A stretch of 64,000 nucleotides of DNA from Acidobacteriota bacterium (GTDB lineage Bacteria; Acidobacteriota; UBA6911; RPQK01; JADFOI01). The stretch is taken from assembly GCA_963663035.1 (NCBI GenBank), contig OY760074.1:3296001-3360000 (forward strand), given 5' to 3'. Position numbers and translations under genes: made by a program. The notes under the pieces were generated by a model. It saw nothing but the letters and a program-made list of their open reading frames with translations, made no database searches and had not been told where the DNA came from. The first letter of the stretch is position 1; every line of letters begins with the position of its first letter. This document shows, piece after piece, positions 9,642-18,740 of this stretch.

Positions 9642-10976
9642 TTATCCTTGAACTTTCTCATCGGTCTTGAGTGAATACCAATCCACCTTCCGAGTTAGGT
9701 ACATCACCCCGGCTAAGATCAGGAATAGACCGATTGACCCTACCAGCAGCGCGTAGTCCTGATTTCTTAGGAGAATGTAGAGATACAAATAGAGCGCTGT
9801 CAGGATAAAGCCCATTATCGAAGCGCGCTGTAAGCCGCCAAGGACTGCAGCACTGTACCCAAAGATCAGAGCAACGACTGATGCCGTCGCGATAACGTAT
9901 GCTGCAAGAAAACCGAGCTGTTCCGAAAGCGAGAGCTCAAGCAAATAAAAAAGACACATGCCCGCTCCTACAAGGAGGTATTGAAGCGAGTGGACGCGAA
10001 TTCCAGCCAGCACTTCAAAGAGCCATAGTGATCCGAATGTTAGAAAGAGGAAAAGCGCTGAATACTTTACGCTTCGCTGGGCCATGCGGTAGTGATCGAC
10101 CGGAGTGATGAGGTTCACACCGAATCGGGAGGCAGAGATTGCTTCGCCGACACTGGAACTGGAATCCCATTTCTGAGGATAATTCCTGCCAAGAGAAGGG
10201 ATTTTCCATGTCGCCTCAAATCCATCTTTATCTATCGACCGATCCGTGGGTAGCCAGCTTCCCTGAAAACTCGGATCACTCCAGGTGGATTCAAGCTGCA
10301 CGGTCGTATCTCGGCCGAAGGGCACAAAGAAAACGCCGACACTCCCATTGAGGGACAACGAAAAGTTGAATTCTCCGTTCTCGACTTGTGCAAGCTTTGC
10401 TACGGGTGCATGGATCCCGGGATCTGGAACTTCTGACTCACCTGGACCGGGGAGGAAGCCGATTTTCGATCCGTTCCAGGAGAGTGTTGCCTGCTCTTGA
10501 ATTGATCGGGCATCAGAGATCTTGACCACCAGGTGCGATCGTTCCCACAAGATCTCGTCTGGCTCCACCTCCCAATCGGAGAAGTCAGGTTGTCCAAAAT
10601 CGCCGCTGAACTCGAGATCCAGCCGGTAGACCGGCACTTCGAAGATGCCCCGATACCGAACTTCGCTGGCAACCCTTCCGGAGATCGCCAAAGTGTTTGG
10701 AAGGAAGTGTGCGTACCCAATCTCGGTTCTTGTACGGGATCCTGTCGATGTCTCCTCAATCCATTTCTTGAGATACGGAACGATGAGTTTAGGGCCAACG
10801 ATAGACTGCTCACCGCCCCACTTTCCGGTTACCTCCTCAATTGCCTCCGCGCGGGTCGATTCGCGTTCGCTGATCACACCACTAATCATCAAAGCTGGAA
10901 TTTGAAGCAGTAGCACTAAGAAGACGATCAGTAAAATTCGAAGAAGCGGTAAGTTATTTCTTTTCGGACCGGTCAT
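9642..10976 (-). CDS. creD: Inner membrane protein CreD
   Basis: ISERE, KWGGEQSIVGP, RYRGIFEVPVY, PSFQGSWLP, HSLQYLLVG, LLELSLSE and MYLTRKVDWY. Confidence 0.92.
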   Translation of the reverse strand: MTGPKRNNLPLLRILLIVFLVLLLQIPALMISGVISERESTRAEAIEEVTGKWGGEQSIVGPKLIVPYLKKWIEETSTGSRTRTEIGYAHFLPNTLAISGRVASEVRYRGIFEVPVYRLDLEFSGDFGQPDFSDWEVEPDEILWERSHLVVKISDARSIQEQATLSWNGSKIGFLPGPGESEVPDPGIHAPVAKLAQVENGEFNFSLSLNGSVGVFFVPFGRDTTVQLESTWSDPSFQGSWLPTDRSIDKDGFEATWKIPSLGRNYPQKWDSSSSVGEAISASRFGVNLITPVDHYRMAQRSVKYSALFLFLTFGSLWLFEVLAGIRVHSLQYLLVGAGMCLFYLLELSLSEQLGFLAAYVIATASVVALIFGYSAAVLGGLQRASIMGFILTALYLYLYILLRNQDYALLVGSIGLFLILAGVMYLTRKVDWYSLKTDEKVQG

Positions 10977-11195
10977 CGAATCTCCTTGTGGATCTCCAAG
11001 CTTGGCCAAAAATGATTTGCGCCGTAATAAGTGATTCTATCAGTATTACCGGGATCGTAATTTCCGAAGGCCCTCCTGACACGAGCGTCTTGGATGTGAT
11101 AGAGCGCGAAGACAAGTTGTCAGGTTGCTCGAAGGTTTGACTCGTGACTTCTTGAGGCACACCTGATGCACTCTGTGCCAGGCTGGAGGGAAACA

Positions 11196-11330
11196 TGGTG
11201 CCGGAGGGGGGAGTCGAAACCTCACGAGAGTCACCCTTCGCCGTATTTATGAAGTGAGCCACTAAGGTGAGTCCACTCGACTAGTGAAGAAAAGCTAATG
11301 TTTTCAATCGCTTCCCTGATTTATCGCCAA
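11196..11330 (-). repeat. att junction A: degenerate tRNA-Leu 3' copy plus diverged distal arm
   Basis: TGGTGCCGGAGGGGGGAGTCGAAACCTCACGAGAGTCACCCTTCGCC at 11196-11242 (3 mismatches to the tRNA; anticodon part decayed). CCACTCGACTAGTGAAGAAAAGCT follows and matches the arm at the other junctions. Confidence 0.85.
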
Positions 11331-11652
11331 TCATAAATAGGAAGAACGAGTTTTCGGAAGCCACCGGAAAGAGTCCTCACGCCTTGGTGGTGGGGTCATC
11401 CAGGATGTGTCGGGTTCGGGGAGGAAACGAGCATCGCGTACTACAAGCCAGCCTTGCGGAAGAGGCATGCGCGAGAGTGTTCCTCTGCGCGTCACCCACT
11501 TCATAGCACCACGATCCTGGCATAGTCTTGCGAGCTCAAGTGTTGCCGTTGCATCGCGTGTGTTGTAATCGAGCACCTCAGCATGTTGACCTTGCCCCCT
11601 AAAACGAGTCCAGTTTGAATGTTAGGATTTCCGGTTTAGGAAGGAGGCAAGG

Positions 11653-11931
11653 ATGGCAGGGAAGCGGTTTAGGGCAGAACAGATCATCATGAAGCTGCGT
11701 GAGGCAGAGGTGGGTCTGGCCCAAGGACAGAGGGTGGGACAGGTGTCGAAGCAGATGGGGGTGAGCGAGCAGACCTACTACCGGTGGCGCAAAGAGTACG
11801 GAGGGCTCCGGTTGGACCAGGCCAAGAGGTTGAAGGTGTTGGAGAAGGAGAATACCCGGTTGAAGAAGCTGGTGGCGGATCTGTCTTTGGACAAGCAGAT
11901 CCTGAAGGAAGTGTCCTCGGGAAACTTCTAG
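11653..11931 (+). CDS. IS3 OrfA (HTH + leucine zipper)
   Basis: [16 protein letters not shown]...[15 protein letters not shown]. Ends at the G GGA AAC -1 slippery heptamer. Confidence 0.9.
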   Translation: MAGKRFRAEQIIMKLREAEVGLAQGQRVGQVSKQMGVSEQTYYRWRKEYGGLRLDQAKRLKVLEKENTRLKKLVADLSLDKQILKEVSSGNF

Positions 11932-12824
11932 GCCCGGCGAACAGGAGACGAGCGGTGATGTGGGTACGAGAGCGATTAGGAGCAGAGCGAGTCTCCGAAC
12001 GTCGGGCCTGCCAAGTGCTGGGACAGGTTCGATCGACCCAGCGAAGGGAAAGGCAAATTCCCGATGATGAGGCCCGATTGGTGGCCCGGATGGTGGAGTT
12101 GGCTACGCAATACGGGCGTTATGGCTACCGGCGGGTCACGGCGATACTTCATGGGGAAGGGTGGAAGGTGAATCCTAAGCGGGTGGAGAGGCTGTGGAGA
12201 CAAGAAGGGCTGAAAGTCCCGTCCAGACAGCCGAAACGAAGGAGGCTGTGGCTTAATGACGGTTCCTGTGTTCGGTTACGAGCGGCTCGCAAGAACCACG
12301 TCTGGAGCTATGATTTCGTGCATGAACGGACCCATGATGGGCGAGCCTTTCGGCTATTGACGATCCTGGATGAGTACACCAGAGAGTGCCTCGCCATTGA
12401 TGTGAAACGGCAGATGAATCACCAAGACGTGTTGGACCGGCTGGCGGAGTTATTCGTTGATCGGGGAGTGCCTGAGTTTATCCGGTCCGATAACGGATCG
12501 GAGTTTACGGCACAGGCGGTCCGGGACTGGCTGCAGGCTGTTGGGGTAAGGACCTTGTACATCGAGCCGGGCAGCCCCTGGGAGAATGGGTACATTGAGA
12601 GTTTCAACGGGAAACTACGGGATGAGCTGCTGAACATGGAGATCTTCGACACGCTGGGGGAAGCCAAGGTGTTGGTAGAACGCTGGCGGAGGGATTACAA
12701 TCAGATCCGGCCTCACAGCGCCTTGGCCTATCGGCCGCCGGCGCCAGAGGCCAAACTACCTAGGTCGCAGGCACTGGATCCAATCCCTTGGAGTGGACTT
12801 CAAATGGTCCCGGGTCTAGCATAG
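11919..12824 (+). CDS. IS3 OrfB DDE transposase (reached by -1 frameshift; start approximate)
   Basis: [36 protein letters not shown] and [10 protein letters not shown]. Confidence 0.9.
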   Translation, partial: GKLLGPANRRRAVMWVRERLGAERVSERRACQVLGQVRSTQRRERQIPDDEARLVARMVELATQYGRYGYRRVTAILHGEGWKVNPKRVERLWRQEGLKVPSRQPKRRRLWLNDGSCVRLRAARKNHVWSYDFVHERTHDGRAFRLLTILDEYTRECLAIDVKRQMNHQDVLDRLAELFVDRGVPEFIRSDNGSEFTAQAVRDWLQAVGVRTLYIEPGSPWENGYIESFNGKLRDELLNMEIFDTLGEAKVLVERWRRDYNQIRPHSALAYRPPAPEAKLPRSQALDPIPWSGLQMVPGLA

Positions 12825-13403
12825 AGGGTGGACTCGTTCGTGGGGGCAGGTCAATGTCGACCCTCAGCCCACAAGATAGGAGCCTTCGAGCCTTTAATCC
12901 CTGAATGCTTTCCCTTAATACCCATTCCCTGTGCCGCCTTGTCAAGACTAACTAAATGTCCCAGGACGCAAACTGCGTGAAACATAATGTCAACGTGTCC
13001 AAGCGCTAGACTGGCGCACTCCTCGACTAGACCCGACTCTTCGGCAAGAATGTTGAAGTCAAAGTTCAGACCATTCCAGGTAAGGAGAGTGAAGCCGTTG
13101 TTCACCAGGTTAACCAAGTCGAGCACCATCCGCTTGCTCTCTTCATGGCTCATAGATTCCGCGGGCTCCCCAAGTTTGGAACGACCATGCCAAATAAGTG
13201 GTGTCGCATGATCTTCTCTTACCCCAGCTGCACAGCAGATCCCAAGTGGTCTGTGAGACAGTAGATCAGATGTGGTCTCGGGTAGTACCTTAGCCGTTTC
13301 AAGATCGAATGCCAGATATTTCCTTTTCATCCTGTGAGGCTACGGCTTGAGTCTGGTCAAAGTTTCCTTGGTTGAGGAACGACAAACAAAATAAGGAAGA
13401 TGT

Positions 13404-13673
13404 TCAACGGTAAGTCTTTTCACTCCCGGAGAGAATAGCAGAGATTATAATACGACGTGGGGGTTCAGAGAGAGGAACAAAAATAAGGCGATACCGACCA
13501 ACGCGTTTACGGTATCGCCCTTCCCAACCCGCACCCTTAAGAGCCTTTGAATCACCAGCGAAAGGGTCTTTCTTGAGTGTTTCAATGGCCTTGCTAATGC
13601 GTTGCTGGGTGTCACAGGGGAGTTTGCGCAACTGCTTTACAGCGGTACGGGTAAGCTGGACTGACCAGGTCAT
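13404..13673 (-). CDS. Type II toxin, RelE/ParE family
   Basis: 89-aa basic protein: WSVQLTRTAVKQLRKL...YRKRVGRYRLIF. Confidence 0.85.
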   Translation of the reverse strand: MTWSVQLTRTAVKQLRKLPCDTQQRISKAIETLKKDPFAGDSKALKGAGWEGRYRKRVGRYRLIFVPLSEPPRRIIISAILSGSEKTYR

Positions 13674-13677
13674 TTCG

Positions 13678-13941
13678 TTAGAGCTTTAATTCGGTCTTCA
13701 CATCTTCCCAAGCCACAACCTCACCCCGTTGGATATCTTGTTCGGCCTTGCGAACAATGGCTTCCTCTTTTGCGGTGAGAACGTCATCAGGGTCTACAAG
13801 TTTCTTAGGTTTGATGACAACAGTACCGTTTTTTGCGTTCCGGACGACCTCAACGAAATCACCTTGCTTTAGGTTAAGCGCTTCACAAATGTCTTTAGGA
13901 ATGACTACCTGACGGCGTTGACCTAGCTTACTAACAGGCAT
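13678..13941 (-). CDS. AbrB/MazE-like antitoxin
   Basis: KLGQRRQVVIPKDICEALNLKQGD swapped-hairpin domain and an acidic RelB-like tail (AEQDIQRGEVVAWEDV). AAGGAGG RBS; lies 4 bp upstream of the toxin. Confidence 0.85.
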   Translation of the reverse strand: MPVSKLGQRRQVVIPKDICEALNLKQGDFVEVVRNAKNGTVVIKPKKLVDPDDVLTAKEEAIVRKAEQDIQRGEVVAWEDVKTELKL

Positions 13942-13978
13942 AGTTTATGCCCTCCTTAAGGTTGGTGTTTGCCTAGTT

Positions 13979-14007
13979 ATCATACTGTCAGATTCACAGA
14001 TTGTCAG
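13979..14007 (-). promoter_or_regulatory. Putative sigma70 promoter of TA operon with TCTGACA direct repeats
   Basis: Minus strand CTGACA-17 nt-TATGAT. TCTGACA occurs twice across it (possible operator). Confidence 0.4.
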
Positions 14008-14094
14008 AAATACGTCAAGCGACGAGAGTTACAGGAATTATCCCCCACTGACTTGAGGTGCCAATTTGGAGCCTCAAGTCATCAAACTCGGAGA

Positions 14095-14323
14095 TGGGGA
14101 CGAAATGGGAACAGAAGCCTTCTGTTGTGGGAAAAGATGGTGCCGGAGGGGGGAGTCGAACCCCCACGAGAGTCACCCCTCACCAGATTTTGAGTTTGAG
14201 CTAAATCCACTCGATTTGTGAAGAAAAGCTGATATTTATCAACAGGTTCTCGGATTATTCACCAATCCAAATAAGTGAAAGATGACGAAAGATTGAGCTT
14301 TCAACCGGGCCAAAAACGGGCAA
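14095..14323 (-). repeat. att junction B: tRNA-Leu 3' copy (14138-14195) with arms
   Basis: The 58-bp copy has 1 mismatch. The right arm ends in CGGGCCAAAAA-CGGGC (14306-14321). The left side differs from the other junctions but has TGGGGACGAAA-TGGGAACAGAA (14095-14116). Confidence 0.9.
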
Positions 14324-14536
14324 TAATAATCGGGTAGTAAAGGGATACAACAAGCTTAGTACCGAAAAGATTCGGAAAGCGTTAGGAATGTGGAGAGTCC
14401 ATACCGTTGGGTTCCTCACCCAAAGACGCAGAATGCCCCCATCCATCTTTCTGATTCGTATATACAGCAGCTGATATTCCCTTCTAACCTCCCAAAGTCT
14501 TACTTAACATCTCGGAACAATCCGAGGGAGGCTCCG

Positions 14537-14636
14537 ATGCTCGGGACGACCATTTTCCATTACCGCATTCTGGAGAAAATCGGAGAAGTGAGGTGGGGGA
14601 AGTGTCTCGCGTGGAGGATACCAATCTGAAGCGACG
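14537..14636 (+). pseudogene. N-terminal fragment of Hanks-type Ser/Thr protein kinase
   Basis: GGAGG RBS, then [17 protein letters not shown] and, after a frameshift, GEVSRVEDTNLKR. This is a degenerate [26 protein letters not shown]. It stops at the attC-like site. Confidence 0.75.
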
Positions 14637-14730
14637 GTATAACAGTGCCGTTCAGCGGCGAACGGCGCGTCTGCATGAAGCCCTTTTGGCCATAACCGCG
14701 CCGGTCGTCCGCTGCAACGGCGAGTTAGAT
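14637..14730 (+). other. Integron attC-like recombination site (orphan)
   Basis: GTATAAC ... GTTAGAT ends. Inner arms GTTCAGCGG / CCGCTGCAAC pair with an extra base, and CGAACGGCGCG pairs with CGCGCCGGTCG. Length 94 bp. Confidence 0.7.
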
Positions 14731-14911
14731 GCCGGTGTCACGAAGTGCCAAACCCACAGCGCCAAAAGACCCTCATCTGACCCGTTTCCACCTTATCTGA
14801 AAGTGCGAAATCTAATAGTAAGCTCTGGCTCTCGCCACTAATATCCTCCACGATCATGCTTCATGTATGATGCGGCGGGAGCCACATTTTTCCTTTTTCC
14901 ACTCCGTGGCG

Positions 14912-16032
14912 TTAGCCAGTATCTTGGCCCCCATGACGGACCGCCACTAGTGGGCGTGGAAGACAGATATCAACTTTTCTCTCAGTCTCCATAGTCAACC
15001 ATAACTTCGGTAGAGGAAGCTTGCTAGTCGTGCTATTTTCCTTCTCTTCACAGCGTTCCTCCGCTTTTAAAGACGCTTCATAGGGCAATTTGGAGAGGAA
15101 AGAAGCCGAGAATAACTTAGAGGGTAAATCGTCTACGTTGATTTCAATCGAACCTCCCGGCGAAAGAAGTTGATCCACTTGATGGATGTACCCCTCTGCT
15201 TCGAGTTGTTTGACATGCACAGGGCAAGAGCCATGACTCTGGACTTGAATCGTTGAGGAGATCCTGAACTCACCAACCCGGCGAAAGTGAAGAAGAAAAT
15301 CCAAATTCCGATTCACACGCAAGCGTTCCACTTCCTCGAAACTAAATCGTTCTTCTTGCCGAAGGCTCGAGTCCAAGATCTCAATCCACTGGGAGGAATA
15401 CTCTTTTAGAATGCCTTCATACTCAACGGAAGTCTCCCCTTGCAATGCTTCGGCTACCACTCGATGACCGATGTAACGCTCAAGAATAGGTTCAAAAGCA
15501 TTTGGCACTGCTCCCAACACCATTTGACCCATCTGGTTCAAACGGGCATCCTGTGACTGCAAAACCGGTGATTCGACTGACCTCTTTGTTTTCGCTGCGA
15601 TCACGCCAAATGATTGGGTCAATGCATCGCGAAAGGTATTTAAAAAACTCCGGAGACCTCGACGCACAGAACGCCAGAATTTAGGAGGAGCAGCTCGCTC
15701 AATTTCTCGAATCCTCCGTCTTTGATTCTCTTGGGACAACTCGTCATGATAACGGTAAATTGTCCGTAGGCGCGCCAGGTCGCTTTGATACAGAATAAAA
15801 CTGGTCTCGATATGTCCCGCTGAGTCTGATGAGGCGTCGGATAAAGCAATTCAACACTGTTGAAAAAAACATTCAGGCGCCCCCAAACGCACTTACCGTC
15901 ATTCATCTCGATTGTCACGTTGAAACCGGTGAAGTCGTTAAGGCAAAGATCTCGGCTTCGTCGCTGGATGTAAGTCCCTACCAGGGCCGTTACGAAAATA
16001 AAAAGAAGCGTGGCAATGAAGATTGAGTCCAT
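14912..16032 (-). pseudogene. Hypothetical N-anchored membrane protein, frameshifted near 15830
   Basis: ORF 16032 (MDSIFIATLLF...ELLYPTPH) joins, via an alternative frame (DSAGHIETSFILYQSDLARLRTIYRYHDEL), to ORF 15739-14912 (SQENQRRR...). Confidence 0.6.
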
Positions 16033-16263
16033 AGCTTTTCAAGACCACCCTTTACACTACCAGGAACAATGATCGCACCAACCGCCGCCCGCAGCACCCA
16101 TCCAATGGTGCGAAGCTGAGCCGGAGGATATTTCCAATAGATTCACGCTCATTCACCCTCTTTAGAGAGAAGATTGACATTGTTGTGTTCGTTCTTGCGT
16201 CTTTGGGGCGGTAACTCTGTCTGTGCTTTGGCTCACATTCGTGAAGTCAATGCGGGGGCATCA

Positions 16264-16836
16264 TTAATCGTTTTGACAGGCTTCACCTATTGTCTCCCCG
16301 AGTAGGCGTGTCAGGTCCTCGTTGTCGTATCTCATACCTCCCACGATTTCCTTTGCCCGTGATGAGAGTCGTTGATAGCCCCACGTACAACGGCTTTTGG
16401 TTTCCACGCAGCCTTCGCGTTGGTAGTACAAAGGCATGTTCACCTCAAAGAAGGAAATACTATCTGCATCTTTGAGCAGGTCAGAACGCGGATCACCTCC
16501 AACCTCATGAAGGGTCACCAACCGGCAAGCCTCGTCAGCCGTAGCTTTGGTTACACGGCACTTTTCCAGGATCGCTCCCAGAATATCAGCCCCATTACGC
16601 GCATGAGCAGCCTTGAAGGCGTCATAGTTGTCATAATGAGAGCGACGTACCTTTTGGGCTGTGACGGCTCGCTCAATGTCATGGGCGAGAGCGGCAATTT
16701 GCAATGCTTCGTCACTTTTGGGAGCGAGTCTTAACAGCCACTCAAGGGTATTTTCGGCATGGTGAGGGTCTTCTGGAACATCGGAGCCTGCAATAATCGC
16801 TTTGGTTCTTACTTTTGCGCATTCTATGCTATCCAT
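16264..16836 (-). CDS. HD-domain / DUF4202-like protein
   Basis: HAENT..W, AALAHDIERA, HARNGA, HEVGG and LKDADSISFF. ATG 16836 overlaps the upstream stop region. Confidence 0.75.
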   Translation of the reverse strand: MDSIECAKVRTKAIIAGSDVPEDPHHAENTLEWLLRLAPKSDEALQIAALAHDIERAVTAQKVRRSHYDNYDAFKAAHARNGADILGAILEKCRVTKATADEACRLVTLHEVGGDPRSDLLKDADSISFFEVNMPLYYQREGCVETKSRCTWGYQRLSSRAKEIVGGMRYDNEDLTRLLGETIGEACQND

Positions 16837-18145
16837 GATCGCGGCAAACGATAACACGGCGGATGGTTTCAAAGTTCATCGCTATGGCAAGCACAAAGAG
16901 CGTCAAATAAGGCTGGTTGAATAGGGCACCTAAGAATATCAGCAAGAGTCGGAGGTCGCGGCCCACACGAAGTCCCTTGCCCCAACGGCCGAGCATGCGC
17001 TTGTCGTATTTGTCCGCGGTATAGCTCACCATGAAGGAACCGGTAATCGCCAGAAATCCAGTCAATAGGATGAGGCTATCCAAATCGTTTGCGTAGGCGT
17101 GCCAGGTGAGGCCAAAAAGAAGGGCTGCGTCGGCATAACGGTCCAGGACCGCATCGAGCCATCCTCCGTAATGGCTGCTTTGGAACTTGAGCCGCGCTAC
17201 TTCCCCATCGCATCCGTCGATGACCGAGGCGAACTGGACCAGCAAACCGCCCAGCAAAAGCATGGCATAACTCCCCAGAGAAAACAGACCAGCGGCCAGT
17301 ACCGAACACAGGAAGGAAAACAGGGAGATTTGATTGGGGGTGATCGGGTACTTCATCAATTGGCGGGAAATCCTTGCCGACAACGGTCGGTTGACGTGAC
17401 GTGAGACAGGCCCATCGCTGGGCTTGTCCCCCAGATTAGCCAACAGCGCGTTCTCTGCCCGCCTAAAGGCCGTGGGATCATCTACGTCAATCACGAAGTA
17501 ACCCCTAACCTCAACAGTTTTAACCCGATCCTGGCCGGCCAGGACACGCACCGCTGCGGACAGACTCGTATCGCCGTATTCCTTTGCGCAATACTCCAAC
17601 GCATCAAAAATGGAAGGAGTGCAGAGGAAAATACCAGTGTCAAAGCCATTGAAGTCCGTCAAGCCCTTACCGATGTCACGTAACTTGTCCCCTTCCGTCT
17701 TGACTCGGGTGACATCCTCCATATCGATGAGGGGATTGCCAATATTACTGTCTACGCCCAGGATGATTTCGCCGTCGGTTCGAGGAACCCTCATCAACTC
17801 GCGGGCAATGGTTGGATCAAAGAGATGATCCGCCATCAGCAACAGAAAGGATCCACGCAGATACTTCCGTGCCTTGAGCACCGAAAGGCCGTTTTCTTTT
17901 TTCCAGTCCTCGTTAACAATTGGGGTGATATGAACTTCCAGACGGTCGGTCAGACGGTTCAGAAAGTCTTGAACACGCCTCCCCTGGTATCCGGTAACTA
18001 CATAAAAGTCATCCACTCCGGCCTCCAGCCCTGAGCGGATGACCCTTTCAATCAAGGGAACCCCTAAAATGGGGGTGAGCGGTTTGCAACTACCGTTCTG
18101 CCGTAGCCGGCTTCCCTCCCCAGCCGCGATAATGAGACACTTCAC
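16829..18145 (-). CDS. Bifunctional NTP-transferase / CDP-alcohol phosphotransferase (IPCT/DIPPS-like)
   Basis: KCLIIAAGEGSRL..KPL, ENGLSV, LLMADH, DTGIF and DVDD; then DGPVSRHVNRPLS, TPNQIS and DGCDGEVAR...GGWLDAVLDRYAD. Start GTG 18145. Confidence 0.85.
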   Translation of the reverse strand: MKCLIIAAGEGSRLRQNGSCKPLTPILGVPLIERVIRSGLEAGVDDFYVVTGYQGRRVQDFLNRLTDRLEVHITPIVNEDWKKENGLSVLKARKYLRGSFLLLMADHLFDPTIARELMRVPRTDGEIILGVDSNIGNPLIDMEDVTRVKTEGDKLRDIGKGLTDFNGFDTGIFLCTPSIFDALEYCAKEYGDTSLSAAVRVLAGQDRVKTVEVRGYFVIDVDDPTAFRRAENALLANLGDKPSDGPVSRHVNRPLSARISRQLMKYPITPNQISLFSFLCSVLAAGLFSLGSYAMLLLGGLLVQFASVIDGCDGEVARLKFQSSHYGGWLDAVLDRYADAALLFGLTWHAYANDLDSLILLTGFLAITGSFMVSYTADKYDKRMLGRWGKGLRVGRDLRLLLIFLGALFNQPYLTLFVLAIAMNFETIRRVIVCRDHG

Positions 18146-18316
18146 ACTCACCGACTCAGTCGTTCGTGGCGCCCCAAGCGTGACCGCTAGCCCAGCGCAA
18201 TCAGCTGGCATCTGTTTTGGAGTATCAGTGACAATCTCTGGCGATGGGCTTGCTTGGAAAACGGTCGAGTCCCGGCCCGGCTTAAAACTGCCAGGCGGTG
18301 TCAGACCCGTGCCCGT

Positions 18317-18353
18317 CGGTACCTCCAACACCCTTCGAGTGTTGGAGGTACCG
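18317..18353. repeat. Perfect 15-bp inverted repeat (REP-like hairpin)
   Basis: CGGTACCTCCAACAC-CCTTCGA-GTGTTGGAGGTACCG. Confidence 0.8.
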
Positions 18354-18740
18354 GAACGAATCATGTGCAGCAGTGAAGTCCACATTTCAGTTCTCCAAAC
18401 ACACTCGCACTCCGGTTGCAGTGCGGTCGAAGCAATTCATCTGACCGACTATGGTTCCGGACTTGGTGACTCGACACACCTGGTTTTGAGCTGCCTCTGT
18501 ATCTTCTGCGTTGCTGTGCCTAAAAAGGAAAAAGAGGGGCAAGCTCTTGTGGTCTCCCCAGGGGAGAAGAGAGGTTCTTAACCGCCCTTATCTTCACCCG
18601 CCACCACGGCCCTGTCAAGGGGGAAGCGCTTTTCCGGTGATTCCTCCCGAACTGCGACCACTGGAGTCCTCTGATTAACAGACCGAAATAGGGGAGATCA
18701 CAAAAGTAAGACGGGACGGAACTCTTTTGGTTTTTGACCA

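Larger units (their letters stand above)
11587..12853 (+). mobile_element. IS3-family insertion sequence (IS407-group-like), apparently intact
   Basis: IRL is TGACCTTGCCCCCTAAAACGAGTCCA; IRR (reverse complement) is TGACCTGCCCCCACGAACGAGTCCA. 4-bp TSD ATGT at 11583-86 and 12854-57. Confidence 0.95.
11331..13330 (-). pseudogene. DEDD 3'-5' exonuclease-like (RNase H-fold) gene split by IS3
   Basis: The N-part (13330-12854) has AFDLET and TWNGLNFDFNIL. Removing the IS and one ATGT copy joins it in frame to ...GRH-AEVLDYNTRDATATLEL (ORF 11331-11576). Confidence 0.8.
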
